Of a stretch of 64,000 bases of DNA, positions 18,791 through 29,481 are shown piece by piece. Each line of letters begins with the position of its first letter. The first letter of the stretch is position 1. The DNA lies in NCBI GenBank assembly GCA_050953885.1, contig JBMNNJ010000001.1:335437-399436 (forward strand), written 5' to 3'. A program made the translations under genes and the position numbers. The stretch comes from Patescibacteria group bacterium (lineage in GTDB: Bacteria; Patescibacteriota; Microgenomatia; 0-14-0-10-38-17). The notes beneath the pieces were generated by a model. It was not told where the DNA came from and ran no database searches. It saw only the letters and a list, made by a program, of their open reading frames with translations.

Positions 18791-21451
18791 TTACTCCTCT
18801 CCGGTTGGCAAAAGGGTAGGCGAGAGGTTGGGGGTTAACGAGGGAACAGGAGTAAGTGTCGGCGAGGGGGAGAGTAAGGGCGTGGGGGTGGGGGTGGGGG
18901 CTTGCCAATCCCAAGCGACATTCACTCCAATTTTAATCTCTTCTTCTTTTTCCCGACCCTTAACATCCCGAACTTTGGCCTTAAGTTTATGCGGGCCATC
19001 GGGTAAAACCAAAGTAAGCCGGTATGGCGGGGAGGTGAAGGTTTCTTTCTCCTGATCATCAGCCCAAATCTTTACCCACTCTGTTTTTTCCAAAGAATTA
19101 ACTTCCACCTCTACTTCAAATTTATTCTCCACCTTTTCTTCATTTTTAGGCTTCTTAAAACGAATGGCCAGTTCTCCTCCCTGACAATATTCTTTGGGAG
19201 GATGATAACGAGGGTCTTCCTGGGTCGCTACCCACTCGTCAATCCCCTTTTGCCAACGGTTTTCTCCTCCCCAATAGGCGGCAAAAGGATCTTCTTCGGC
19301 AAAGATAAAAAATTCTTTCTCTTCATAATTTCCGTTCGCAATATCTTCCGGCGTTGCCAGTTTCCCCTCGTCACGGCAAATCTTTAAAAAAACATGAGTC
19401 TTGTCTTCACCTTGAGGCTGGGTTCCCTTGAGAAAATATTCCTGACGGGAGGGAAAACCGTCGTGAGCCAATTGCCCGGAAACAACATCAATATCCGCCT
19501 TAACCACCTCGTCGGGAGGAGTAAAGTTAACGTTCGGCTTGTCCTTCAGGGCCACCATAATTACTCGGCGCCAAATGGGGCTGGCGCCGGAAATGCCCGA
19601 AGCCACTTGTTTCATCGAAGAATTATCATTATTACCCACCCAAACTCCTACCAAAACCTGCGGCGTCCAACCCACCGCCCAATTATCCTTCATATTGTTT
19701 GTCGTCCCCGTTTTCACCGCTACCTGACGGCCGGGAATGTTAAGAAGAGAATTGGCGCCAAAAGAAATTAAACGGGCATTATTATCCGAAAGAATATCGG
19801 AAATAATAAATGCTTCCCCCTCCGTTAAAACCTGTTTTCCTTTTGTCGGCTTAAACTCTTCTAAAACTTTTCCTTCTTGGTTTTCTACTTTTAAAATTGC
19901 CGTCGGTTCCACCTTCAGTCCGCCGTTGGCAAAAGCCGCATAAGCGCCGGCCATCTCTATTAGCCTTACTTCCCCTCCACCCAAGGTAACGGCCAAACCA
20001 AATTTAGACAAATTTTCCGCTGTCGGTTTAAGAGTGTTAAAACCCATCTGGTAGGCAGTTTCTAGCATATTTTCCAAACCCACCTGGGCCAACATCTTGA
20101 CCGCCGGCACATTCAAAGAATTGCCCAAAGCAGAACGCATCAAAACCGGCCCATGATACTTGCCGTCATAATTAACGGGAATATATGGTTTTTCTTTAGA
20201 AGCGCCGGGGAATTCTGTCCGTGTATCCAACAAAAGGTGGGCAGCAGTATAGCCCTTTTTCAGAGCGGTTACATAAGTAACCGGCTTAATGGCCGAACCG
20301 GGTTGGCGCAAGCCTTGAGTGACCACATTTACTTTGCCAAAATTAGGCTCGTTATAATCTCGCGATCCCACCATTGCCAAAATCTCCCCGCTTTCAGGTT
20401 CCAAAACAATCACCGCCCCGTTAGTGATATTAAGGTTAACCACTTTTTCTATCTCCTCCGCCACGATTTTCTCCGCTTCCTGTTGAAGATCTAGATCAAG
20501 AGTGGTGGTCACTTTCAGCCCGCCATTTTCCACCATTTCCTCGCCGTAACGATCCACCAAAAGTTGCTTAACAAACATCACAAAATGGGGAGCGGCAAAA
20601 TCGGAGGTACGAGCGGCAAACTGAACCTGATCCAGCTCTTCTTCTGCCTTTTGCCGCTGTTCAACGGTAATATAGCCATCTTCTTCCATCCGACGCAAAA
20701 CTTGTTTTGTTCGCTCTTTATAGGCTTCAGGATTAGCGCCAAAGGGAGAATAAGCGGTAGGCCCTTGCGGCAAACCAGCCAGGATCGCCGCTTCTGTTAA
20801 GGTTAACTGGGAAACAGGTTTACCAAAATAAAGTTCCGAGGCCGCTTCTACGCCTCGGGTATTGCCTCCATAAGGCACTTCATTGAGGTACATTTCTAAA
20901 ATTTGGTCTTTGGAAAAACGGGCTTCAATTTGTATCGCCAGAATAAACTCCTTAATTTTTCGCGGCAGCGTTCGTTCCGAGGTCAGCAAAACATTCTTTA
21001 CTAGTTGTTGGGTGAGAGTAGAGCCGCCCTGAAGCTGCTGATGGAAGATGATGTTATAAAAAGCCCGGGCAATTCCCCGAGGCGAGAAACCTTTATGTTG
21101 ATAAAATTCTTTATCCTCAATAGCAATGGTTGCTTGACGCAAAACTTGCGGCACCTGATCCAATATTACCGGCGTTCGCTTTTCTTCCTGATAAATATCA
21201 TAAAGCAATTTTTGGTTACGGTCGTAAATACGCGTCGCAAAACCTTCCCGACGCACTACTTTCCCCGGCTGGGGTAAATCTCGGGCATACCAGGCAAAAA
21301 GAGCCACCGTTCCCAAAATCGCCACCAAAACAAAAATCCCCAAACCTGTCAGCACTTTTTTCCAAGGGAAAGGCTTTTTATCCCTTTCTTTCTTAAAAGA
21401 CTGACGTTTTTTTCTCATCCTTTCCTGCCAATTTTTAAACCAATCATCCAT
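18791..21451 (-). CDS. Bifunctional class A penicillin-binding protein with C-terminal Ig-like domain and Pro/Thr tail
   Basis: AIEDKEFYQH, QGGSTLTQQLVKN, RKIKE; transpeptidase PGSAIKP, SLNVP, KTGTTN. Confidence 0.95.
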   Translation of the reverse strand: MDDWFKNWQERMRKKRQSFKKERDKKPFPWKKVLTGLGIFVLVAILGTVALFAWYARDLPQPGKVVRREGFATRIYDRNQKLLYDIYQEEKRTPVILDQVPQVLRQATIAIEDKEFYQHKGFSPRGIARAFYNIIFHQQLQGGSTLTQQLVKNVLLTSERTLPRKIKEFILAIQIEARFSKDQILEMYLNEVPYGGNTRGVEAASELYFGKPVSQLTLTEAAILAGLPQGPTAYSPFGANPEAYKERTKQVLRRMEEDGYITVEQRQKAEEELDQVQFAARTSDFAAPHFVMFVKQLLVDRYGEEMVENGGLKVTTTLDLDLQQEAEKIVAEEIEKVVNLNITNGAVIVLEPESGEILAMVGSRDYNEPNFGKVNVVTQGLRQPGSAIKPVTYVTALKKGYTAAHLLLDTRTEFPGASKEKPYIPVNYDGKYHGPVLMRSALGNSLNVPAVKMLAQVGLENMLETAYQMGFNTLKPTAENLSKFGLAVTLGGGEVRLIEMAGAYAAFANGGLKVEPTAILKVENQEGKVLEEFKPTKGKQVLTEGEAFIISDILSDNNARLISFGANSLLNIPGRQVAVKTGTTNNMKDNWAVGWTPQVLVGVWVGNNDNSSMKQVASGISGASPIWRRVIMVALKDKPNVNFTPPDEVVKADIDVVSGQLAHDGFPSRQEYFLKGTQPQGEDKTHVFLKICRDEGKLATPEDIANGNYEEKEFFIFAEEDPFAAYWGGENRWQKGIDEWVATQEDPRYHPPKEYCQGGELAIRFKKPKNEEKVENKFEVEVEVNSLEKTEWVKIWADDQEKETFTSPPYRLTLVLPDGPHKLKAKVRDVKGREKEEEIKIGVNVAWDWQAPTPTPTPLLSPSPTLTPVPSLTPNLSPTLLPTGEE

Positions 21452-21504
21452 TTCGCTTTCTTGAATTTAAAATCATTTTAGACTAAAATGAGAAAATAGG
21501 CAAG

Positions 21505-21621
21505 ATGAAAGATAAAAAGATTAAAAAAATCATCAGTTTAGCAATTATCGTCGCCTTTGCGGCGGTTATTTTAACCTCCTTAATTCCTTTTGTGGGAACA
21601 ATTTTTCTTGGCAGCCGGTGA
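21505..21621 (+). CDS. Small single-TM protein (38 aa), not in ORF track
   Basis: MKDKKIKKIISLAIIVAFAAVILTSLIPFVGTIFLGSR: basic N-terminus plus hydrophobic helix. Confidence 0.5.
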   Translation: MKDKKIKKIISLAIIVAFAAVILTSLIPFVGTIFLGSR

Positions 21622-21659
21622 GAAAACTAAAAGACGCGAATGAGAAACGAAAGAATAAA

Positions 21660-21775
21660 GCAAAGTGCAAATCTCAAAATGCAAAACCAAGCTCAAAAAC
21701 CAAAACCAGAAGCTGAAAATATTTTTGAACTTTGATTTAGGTTTTGCTCTTTGCTTTTTGCACTTTGCTTTTGCT
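21660..21775. repeat. Intergenic module C (GCAAAGT/TTTGCAC heptamer inverted array)
   Basis: Related copies at ~10990, 24878-24990, 34535-34650 and 51483. Confidence 0.75.
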
Positions 21776-21889
21776 CATTACACATGCTACGCATTACGGA
21801 CCTATTCGACCCACAACAATGAAACAATGTAACAATGAAATTCTGATACTTAATACATAATACTAAATACTTAATACAATATATAATAC

Positions 21890-23932
21890 ATGTCCCTAAA
21901 CCTCTCCGACTCGATTAGCAAGCTTCCTAAGGTTAACAAAAGTTATCTTCCCAAGCTTAAAAAATTAGGAATTAAAACCGTTGAGGATCTCCTTTACCAT
22001 TTTCCCTCGCGGCACATTGACTTTTCTTTAGTCTCCAAAATTAACCAAGCCCAAGTGGGGGAAATTTTGACTATTCGCGGGCAGGTGGTTAAAATTACCA
22101 GTGAGCCAAAAGGAAGAGGGAAAAGCATCCAACGAGCCACTATTATTGATGAAACAGGGCAAATTAACGCCATTTGGTTTAACCAACCATATTTAACCAA
22201 AATCTTTTTGGGGAAAACCATTAGCCTTTCCGGTGAGGTAAAACAATTTGCTGGCCGTTTAGTTCTCTCCTCGCCTGATTTTGAGATAAACTCTTTCTAT
22301 CGAAAAAATATCCATACCGGCCGGTTAGTGCCGGTTTATCCTCTCACCGCCGGCCTTTCTTCACGCTGGCTGCGCTGGCAAATAAGCAGCGCCTTAAAAC
22401 TCACCGCTGACCAAATTAAAGAATTTTTACCCCCCAAGCTGCTTCTTAGCGAAAGCCTGATTAATCAACAGGAAGCAATTAAGAAAATTCATTTCCCCGA
22501 GAACAGGATTGCTTTGGAAAAAGCGCGGGAAAGGCTTTCCTTTGATGAGCTATTTTGCTTTCAACTGGCCGGTTTTTGGCGCAAAGCCAAATGGCAAAAA
22601 GAAAGAAAGGCCTTTCCGCTCAAATCCGAACCGGAAAAAATTAAAGCTTTCCTAAAAACTCTTCCTTTTACCTTAACTGACGCTCAAAAAAGAGCCATTA
22701 GAGCTATTTTAAGCGATTTAAGCCAAAATAAGCCGGCTAATCGTCTTCTTCAGGGAGATGTGGGCAGCGGAAAAACAATTGTGGCCGCCACGGCCGCTTA
22801 CGCTACTTTCTTAAACGGCAAAAAAACCATCTTTATGGCCCCTACCGAAATCTTGGCCCAGCAGCACTACCAAACATTAAAAAAACTTCTTCCCAAATTA
22901 AAAATCGGCCTCTTAAGCTCGACCAGCAAAAAAAACACTCAAAAAGCAGATATTCTTGTTGGAACCCACGCGCTGCTTTTTAAAAAAGAACTGCCAGAAA
23001 ATGTCGCCCTATTGGTTATCGACGAGCAACACCGCTTCGGCGTTGCCCAACGGGCCGCCTTACTTGAAAAAAGCTCCCAAGAAAAATTTTTCCCTCATCT
23101 TCTCACTATCAGCGCCACCCCCATTCCCCGCACCATTGCCTTAACTTTCTTAGGCGATTTGAGTCTTACCTACTTAGACCAAATGCCGCCGGGCAGAAAA
23201 CCGGTTAAAACTTGGCTGGTGCCGGAAGAAAAACGGCGCGCCGCTTATACTTGGATAGAAAAAGAAATTAAAAAAAATCATCAACAGGCTTTTGTTATTT
23301 GCCCCTTAGTAGAGCAGTCGGAAAAAGAACTTTTAAAAAATATTAAAGCCGCCACTGCCGAATATGAAAAGCTGAAAAAAATTTTCCCCTCCCTTAAACT
23401 TGCTCTCCTTCACGGCCGTACTCCTGCCTTAGAAAAAGAAAAAATTATCAAACAGTTTGCCCGGGATAAAATTGATATCTTGGTTGCCACCCCCATTGTT
23501 GAGGTAGGCATTGATATTCCCGGCGCTAATTTAATCATCATCGAGGCCGCCGACCGTTTTGGCTTAGCTCAACTTCACCAGTTGCGCGGTCGGGTAGGCA
23601 GAAGAGAAAAGCAGGCCTATTGCCTGCTTTTTGCCTCGCCAAAAACAGGCCAAAAAAGCCTAAAACGCCTCCAGCTTTTTAGCCAAACCTATTCCGGCAT
23701 AAAATTGGCTCAAATAGATCTTGAAGAAAGGGGACCGGGAGAAATTTACGGGACAGCCCAGCATGGCTTTCCCCAAGCCAAAATTGCCTCTTTATCCGAC
23801 GCCCAATTAATTGAAAAAGTGCAAAAAGTTGTCAAAAATTTTGGCCCGGAGTTTTTAAAATCACCCGAAAAATTCCCTCTCTTGCAAAAAAGAGTGGAAA
23901 ATTATACAATAAAGCCCGTAGAAGCGAACTAA
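21890..23932 (+). CDS. recG: ATP-dependent DNA helicase RecG
   Basis: RLLQGDVGSGKT, VIDEQHRFGVAQR, SATPIPRT, RFGLAQLHQLRGRVGR. Confidence 0.97.
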   Translation: MSLNLSDSISKLPKVNKSYLPKLKKLGIKTVEDLLYHFPSRHIDFSLVSKINQAQVGEILTIRGQVVKITSEPKGRGKSIQRATIIDETGQINAIWFNQPYLTKIFLGKTISLSGEVKQFAGRLVLSSPDFEINSFYRKNIHTGRLVPVYPLTAGLSSRWLRWQISSALKLTADQIKEFLPPKLLLSESLINQQEAIKKIHFPENRIALEKARERLSFDELFCFQLAGFWRKAKWQKERKAFPLKSEPEKIKAFLKTLPFTLTDAQKRAIRAILSDLSQNKPANRLLQGDVGSGKTIVAATAAYATFLNGKKTIFMAPTEILAQQHYQTLKKLLPKLKIGLLSSTSKKNTQKADILVGTHALLFKKELPENVALLVIDEQHRFGVAQRAALLEKSSQEKFFPHLLTISATPIPRTIALTFLGDLSLTYLDQMPPGRKPVKTWLVPEEKRRAAYTWIEKEIKKNHQQAFVICPLVEQSEKELLKNIKAATAEYEKLKKIFPSLKLALLHGRTPALEKEKIIKQFARDKIDILVATPIVEVGIDIPGANLIIIEAADRFGLAQLHQLRGRVGRREKQAYCLLFASPKTGQKSLKRLQLFSQTYSGIKLAQIDLEERGPGEIYGTAQHGFPQAKIASLSDAQLIEKVQKVVKNFGPEFLKSPEKFPLLQKRVENYTIKPVEAN

Positions 23933-24263
23933 AAAAGACGCGAATTAATACGAATGGAAAACAAATGAACGAATAGATGGTGTAAAAATAATTCAAAATT
24001 CAAAATTTAAAAGTCAAAATTGCAAGTTAAAAGTTAAAAGTTTTTTGCTCTACTTTTAAATTTTGGCTTGTACTTTTGACTTTTAGCTATTCGATTCTGA
24101 CTTTCGTCAGAACCTGTCCTGAACTTAATTCAGGAATGACGGCCACGATTAGCGTCATTCTGAACTTGATTCAGAATCAGTTAGATCCTGTCCGCCGGCT
24201 GGCGGATTGCATTTGTCTATTACCTGCAACAGTTTGATAATTTAATAATATTTATCTTTTCTT

Positions 24264-24470
24264 ATGACTGCCTTACCAAAACGAAAAATTTCTACCCAAA
24301 GAGGAGGGAAAAGAGAACGGGCGTGGCAAGACCAATTTCGCCGGCCGGGGCTAATTGTCTGTTCTTACTGCGGGAAAAAAATTCCTCCCCACAAAGCTTG
24401 TCCTTATTGCGGCTATTATAAAAACGCCCTTGTTTTGAAAATTAAAGAGAAATCCCAAAAGGCCTCATGA
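24264..24470 (+). CDS. rpmF: 50S ribosomal protein L32 (zinc-ribbon form)
   Basis: ALPKRKIS...CSYCG..PHKACPYCGYY. Confidence 0.93.
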   Translation: MTALPKRKISTQRGGKRERAWQDQFRRPGLIVCSYCGKKIPPHKACPYCGYYKNALVLKIKEKSQKAS

Positions 24471-24862
24471 AAAAGAGAAGCGATCCCCGACACAAAGAAA
24501 GACAAGCAGCCGTTAAAGAACTTTTCGCTCAATCCTTTTCCCCCCAAAACCAAAGAACTTTAAAAGAAAAAACTAGAGAAATTCTAAAGTTAGCACCAGA
24601 AATTGATAAGCTAATTGAAAAAGCGGCGCCAGAGTTTTCCCTGGGGGGGATTAATAAAATCGATTTGGCTATTCTGCGGCTGGCTGTTTTTGAGCTTCTT
24701 TGGGAAAAAAAACAACCCCCGGCAGTGATTATCGACGAAGCCGTCGAGCTGGCAAAAGAATTCGGTAGTCAAAGTTCACCCAAGTTTGTCAACGGCGCCT
24801 TGGGAACGATACTTGAAAAAGCGATACATGAAACAAGAATGCAAAGGAACAATGATAAATGA
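24467..24862 (+). CDS. nusB: Transcription antitermination factor NusB
   Basis: IDLAILRLAVFEL; VIIDEAVELAKEFG..SPKFVNGAL. Confidence 0.95.
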   Translation: MKKRSDPRHKERQAAVKELFAQSFSPQNQRTLKEKTREILKLAPEIDKLIEKAAPEFSLGGINKIDLAILRLAVFELLWEKKQPPAVIIDEAVELAKEFGSQSSPKFVNGALGTILEKAIHETRMQRNNDK

Positions 24863-25055
24863 CAAATAAAAGATAAAGGCAAAGCGCAAATATCAAAAAT
24901 CAAAAACTAGACCAAAGCGCAAAGACATTTCTAATTTATGGTTTTGGTTTTTGAGTTTGGTTTTGCATTTTGCCCTTTGCGCTTTAATCTTGTTTTCTTA
25001 CGAGTTACTAACTTTTTACATTTTACATTTTCATTTTTAATTTTGACTTTTAATT

Positions 25056-25766
25056 ATGTTTAATACAACCGAAATCGAAAAAACCATTGGCATCGCCTTT
25101 AAAGATAAGAAATGGTTAAAACAAGCTTTTACTCACCGTTCTTATCTTAACGAGGAGAGAGAGGGGGAGAGAGTTTCAAACGAGCGTTTGGAATTTTTGG
25201 GCGATGCTATTTTAGAATTCTGGATTTCCGAAAAGCTTTTTAAGCTTTTCCCTGATTACCCGGAAGGCAAGCTTACCAACCTGCGCTCCCGACTGGTCTG
25301 CACCTCTTCTTTGGCAAAAATAAGCCGGCGGCTAAATTTAGGAAATTTCCTTCTTTTGTCCCGAGGCGAAGAAAAAGAAAATGGCCGGGAAAACCCTTCT
25401 CTCTTGGCAAATACCTTTGAAGCTTTAACTGGGGCTATTTATCAAGATCAAGGTCTTAAAAAAACAGCTATTTTTTTAGAAAAGCAATTAGGAGAGGAAA
25501 TCAAAAAAACTGCCCGACAAAGTCTTCTTAAAGATTACAAAAGCTATCTTCAAGAGGTCATTCAGGAAAAAGAAAAAATTACCCCCACTTATAAGCTTTT
25601 AAAAAGCAGCGGCCCGGCCCATAAAAAGGAATTTGTTTTTGCCGCTATGGCGGGAAAGAAAAAAATCGGGGAGGGCAGGGGAGCTTCAAAGCAGGAAGCC
25701 CAGCAGCAAGCCGCTCAACAGGCTCTTGAAAAATTAGGAGTCATTGCCAAAGAGAGTAAAAAATGA
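25056..25766 (+). CDS. rnc: Ribonuclease III
   Basis: AFTHRSY; NERLEFLGDAIL; dsRBD DYKSYLQE..GPAHKKEF. Confidence 0.97.
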   Translation: MFNTTEIEKTIGIAFKDKKWLKQAFTHRSYLNEEREGERVSNERLEFLGDAILEFWISEKLFKLFPDYPEGKLTNLRSRLVCTSSLAKISRRLNLGNFLLLSRGEEKENGRENPSLLANTFEALTGAIYQDQGLKKTAIFLEKQLGEEIKKTARQSLLKDYKSYLQEVIQEKEKITPTYKLLKSSGPAHKKEFVFAAMAGKKKIGEGRGASKQEAQQQAAQQALEKLGVIAKESKK

Positions 25767-25797
25767 TAAAATAAAAAATCAATTTGTAAAAATTTCC

Positions 25798-26025
25798 ATG
25801 CTCAAAATTCGTCTTGCCCAAGTGGGCAAAAAAAACCAACGGTCTTACCGGATTGTTGTTAGCGAGGAAAGAAGCAAACGAGACAGCAAAAATGTCGAAA
25901 TATTAGGGGCCTACAACCCTAATTTAAAACCCCCGCTTTTGAAAGTAAAAAAAGATCGTCTTGAATATTGGTTACAACAAGGAGCCCAAGCAACATTAAC
26001 GGTAAGAAAATTAATCAATAACTAA
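25798..26025 (+). CDS. rpsP: 30S ribosomal protein S16
   Basis: MLKIRLAQVGKKNQRSYRIVV..LGAYNP..WLQQGAQ. Confidence 0.95.
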   Translation: MLKIRLAQVGKKNQRSYRIVVSEERSKRDSKNVEILGAYNPNLKPPLLKVKKDRLEYWLQQGAQATLTVRKLINN

Positions 26026-26026
26026 A

Positions 26027-26257
26027 ATGGAAGAATTTTTGGATTATTTGATTAAACAAATTGTTACCAAGCCCGAAGAGGTTAAAATTGAAAAAGAGGA
26101 AAAAGACGGCCAGCTATTTTTTACGGTTGAGGTAGCCCAAGAAGACCGAGGTCGCCTTATCGGCCGTGGAGGCAACATTATCAACTCTCTGCGCCATCTT
26201 TTAAACATTAAAGCGCAAAAAGAAGGCAAACAGGTTTTTTTAAGACTTAACTTCTAA
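26027..26257 (+). CDS. khpA: KH domain RNA-binding protein KhpA
   Basis: DRGRLIGRGGNIINSLR; position after rpsP. Confidence 0.85.
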   Translation: MEEFLDYLIKQIVTKPEEVKIEKEEKDGQLFFTVEVAQEDRGRLIGRGGNIINSLRHLLNIKAQKEGKQVFLRLNF

Positions 26258-26263
26258 ATCATA

Positions 26264-27097
26264 TCAAAAATTTTCCTCCGGAGTTTCTGTGGGGGAACTT
26301 TCTTCCCGTAAATTCTCCGACGAGCTTTCTGACGGAGCCAAAATTTCTTCTTCTTGGGTAACTTCTTCGGAAGAGGGGGCAAAAGGATCACGCCCCGGGT
26401 CAAAAGTTTCCAAAGCTGCTTCTTCAACCGCCAATTCCCCGCTTCCCAAAATTTCTAATTTAGCGATTTCTTCGTATGTTTTTTCCTCTGCCGTGGTGGG
26501 TAAAATTATTTTTTCACCTACTTTCCCGCTCTCAACCGACGAAAAATAGAAAGTTAAGGCGGCGTCAAGAGTAGTGCCTTTTTCGGCAGAAAAACTAAAG
26601 GAGACATTATTTAAGCCTATAATTGGCAAAACTTGATAAACTCGCTTTAAAAAAGCCTGCCCCTGATCAAAAGTGCCAGCGGCCTTGACCACCACCTTAA
26701 CTTCATCTACCTTGCTGCTTCCCTTTGTCTCCTCTTTGCTAATTTTCCCGGGCGAAAAACTAATTTCCTCTGCTATCAAACCGCTTTCCATCGTCAGCAA
26801 CTTCGCCGCGGAAAGAATAAAAACCGGATCTTTAGTGCGCGGTAATGCCTTCAGCGTTAACCCAATTTTTTCCTCCAACCCCTCGCCGACAAAAGATTTA
26901 AGCTGGGTCAATTTTCCCGTTAAATCCTTATTCTCTTGTTCTAAGCGAGCATTCGCTTCTTTTAAGCTGTTCACCTTATTTAAAGATGACGTTAACAAAG
27001 AAAGAGTTAACAAAATTATCGCCGCTACCCCCACATAGGGCAAAAACGGCTGGTAACGCTTGAGGCTGCCTAAATTTAAATCAAGTTTAAATTCCAT
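26264..27097 (-). CDS. PilO-like type IV pilus assembly protein
   Basis: TM + coiled coil + ferredoxin-like segment; downstream of pilM/pilN. Confidence 0.6.
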   Translation of the reverse strand: MEFKLDLNLGSLKRYQPFLPYVGVAAIILLTLSLLTSSLNKVNSLKEANARLEQENKDLTGKLTQLKSFVGEGLEEKIGLTLKALPRTKDPVFILSAAKLLTMESGLIAEEISFSPGKISKEETKGSSKVDEVKVVVKAAGTFDQGQAFLKRVYQVLPIIGLNNVSFSFSAEKGTTLDAALTFYFSSVESGKVGEKIILPTTAEEKTYEEIAKLEILGSGELAVEEAALETFDPGRDPFAPSSEEVTQEEEILAPSESSSENLREESSPTETPEENF

Positions 27098-27105
27098 AAG
27101 GCAAT

Positions 27106-27642
27106 TTAAAATTCAATCGTTAAACTAAAATTAAAAGTAGGATTTTTTTCGTCTTTGGCAAGAGAATTAAGGGTCGCTTTTTTAAACCATTCGCCCTGCT
27201 TATTGGTATATTGATCTAAAAAATTAGAAATAGGCAAAATTTCTCCTTCGCCGCTTAATTGGATTTTCCCCGTTCCTACTTCTAAATTCTTCAAATTTAT
27301 TTCCGCCGGTAAGCTGGCCACTACTTTTTCTACCGGCGAGGACAGGTCAGGCCGCTTTTTCAAAAGAGGATCAATTTTCCCCACCCGATCCTTAAAAATC
27401 AAAATTTGACCCAAGTTTTCTTTTTGAGCTTCAATCTCGCTTTCTAAGCCCACTTTTTCTTTCTTCAGGCTTTCATTTTGACGACTTAAAACCAACGAAT
27501 AGCCAAAAATGCCTCCCAATACCAACACCCAAAGCAAAAGCACCCCCCCGCTAATTTTCAGCGCTTTTTGAAATTTCTCTTTTTCCTGCAGATCAAGCAC
27601 TTCCGCTTCTTTGAGAAAGCTAATTTCTTTTTGCTTTGCCAT
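27106..27642 (-). CDS. PilN-like type IV pilus assembly protein
   Basis: ISFL N-terminal motif (INLL-like), TM, coiled coil, LPAEINL. Confidence 0.65.
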   Translation of the reverse strand: MAKQKEISFLKEAEVLDLQEKEKFQKALKISGGVLLLWVLVLGGIFGYSLVLSRQNESLKKEKVGLESEIEAQKENLGQILIFKDRVGKIDPLLKKRPDLSSPVEKVVASLPAEINLKNLEVGTGKIQLSGEGEILPISNFLDQYTNKQGEWFKKATLNSLAKDEKNPTFNFSLTIEF

Positions 27643-27657
27643 TTTTTAAAAATTAAA

Positions 27658-28671
27658 CTAAACCTGTTCTCTTTTTGCCAAACCGATGGCCACCGCGTAA
27701 ACCGGCCCGTCATCTAAAAATTCGGCAAAAACCTGCTGGTTAACATCTAAAAGAGAGAAGGGGTTGGCAATTTCCGTTTCCACCCCTAAAGCGGCGGCAA
27801 TGTCTTGGGGAACATTAGGTAAGCCCGAAGAACCTCCCGATAAAATAATTCTTTTTACCGTCTCCTTTTTTTCCTGCTCAAAATATTGAATCGCCTTTTT
27901 CATTTCGTTGGTAACGCTTTTAACCAACGGTGATAAAACTTTTCTTATTTTCCCCTCCAAAATTTCTTCACTTAAGCCATAAGCTTTTTTATACTCTTCG
28001 GCTTGGGCAACCTCCATTCCCAATTCTTTTGCCAGAGTTTTGGTTAACGTTTCCCCAGCAACCGGGAAAGAACGAGTAAGATAAATTTTTCCGCCACGGC
28101 TGATGGCAAAATTACAGCTTTTAAAACCGAAATCAACCACCATCGCGTTAGGGCTGTCGGGAGGAACTAAAGCCCGATTTAAGGCTAAAAGCTCGGTTTC
28201 CAACGCCAAGGGCCGAAGCTGGGCCATTGCCAACAAAGCGGTATATTTTTCCACCAGCCTTTTTTGCGCCGCTACCAAAAAAACCTCGCAAACTTTGGCT
28301 TTTTCATCTTTTTCAATTATCTGGTGGCGCAAAACTGCCTCCTCTAAAGGAAAGGGGATAAAAGCATCCGCTTCGTACTGCAAAGAGGAAGCCAATTCTT
28401 CCTCACTCATCAAAGGCATTTTCACCACCCGCGTTACCAGCTTACTTTCTGGCAAAGCACTCACCACCATATTAGTTTTAATCCCCAAGTCCATCATTAA
28501 CTTTTTGACAGCTTCGGCCACTTTTTGCTGATCTTGCGGGTTTTCCGAAAGAAGACCGGGTTGGGGGGTTTCCGTTTTTCCCAAAGCCAAAAGGTGAAAA
28601 CGATCGCCTTCTTTTTTCACTTGGGCAATTTTAATGGTGGCCGAACCGATGTCTAAACCGAAAAAATCCAT
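27658..28671 (-). CDS. pilM: Type IV pilus assembly protein PilM
   Basis: FGLDIGSATIKI; VVDFG; ILSGGSS; ANPF; YAVAIGLAKR. Confidence 0.92.
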   Translation of the reverse strand: MDFFGLDIGSATIKIAQVKKEGDRFHLLALGKTETPQPGLLSENPQDQQKVAEAVKKLMMDLGIKTNMVVSALPESKLVTRVVKMPLMSEEELASSLQYEADAFIPFPLEEAVLRHQIIEKDEKAKVCEVFLVAAQKRLVEKYTALLAMAQLRPLALETELLALNRALVPPDSPNAMVVDFGFKSCNFAISRGGKIYLTRSFPVAGETLTKTLAKELGMEVAQAEEYKKAYGLSEEILEGKIRKVLSPLVKSVTNEMKKAIQYFEQEKKETVKRIILSGGSSGLPNVPQDIAAALGVETEIANPFSLLDVNQQVFAEFLDDGPVYAVAIGLAKREQV

Positions 28672-28739
28672 AAATTTTTTTAATTCTTTCTTCCTTAAGA
28701 TTAGAAAAAAGCCAAACAAAAGTCAAGGGGGTATAAAAG

Positions 28740-29255
28740 CTATTTATTTCTTAAAAAAATTGTCTTGGTAAAAGTTTGCCGGGCGGTTTCCTCGGGTTTC
28801 GTCGAGCTACCACGTTGTCTTAAAGTAAAATTAATGGTCACTTTTTTATCAAAATCAATTTTCTCGCATCGAAAAACTTCAGAGCAATTTTCTACGGTTA
28901 CTGTTGGGCTGGTTAATTGAACGTTATTAGAGGCAATATAGGCAAGATCAGAACTATAATTGCACCTAAAAATAACCGTCTCCTCGCTAACAGGATTTTT
29001 AACCGTAAGAGAAGAGCTTTCCACACCCGTGCAGACAGCATCATCAATAACGCCACCACTAATGGTTTTATCCATCACATCCAAGGCATAGGCACCGTTT
29101 TGACGAATTTCTTTCATAATGTTGGCTTTCGTGTTACTTTTTAAAATTGAAAAAAGAGAGTTAGTCACCAAAACGGCTAAGATCATAAAAACGGCCACCA
29201 CGACGAGGAGTTCGATGAGGGTAAAACCATGGCGGCATTTAGTATTGGGTATCAT
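28740..29255 (-). CDS. Minor pilin (prepilin N-terminal cleavage/methylation motif)
   Basis: MIPNTKCRHG|FTLIELLVVV. Confidence 0.88.
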   Translation of the reverse strand: MIPNTKCRHGFTLIELLVVVAVFMILAVLVTNSLFSILKSNTKANIMKEIRQNGAYALDVMDKTISGGVIDDAVCTGVESSSLTVKNPVSEETVIFRCNYSSDLAYIASNNVQLTSPTVTVENCSEVFRCEKIDFDKKVTINFTLRQRGSSTKPEETARQTFTKTIFLRNK

Positions 29256-29481
29256 GTATCAAATAAAATTCAAAAGTTAATCCGCCAGCTGGCGGACAGA
29301 ATTATCCCCGTAGCTGTCATCCTGACGAAAGTCAGGATCTAACTGATTCTGAATCAAGTTCAGAATGACGTTTACGCAAGAATAATGTTATTCGCTCATT
29401 CGTGTCCATTCGTTTTCATCCGTGTCAATTCGCGTATTTTATTATACTTAATACTAAGTACTGAATACAAAATGCTAATTT

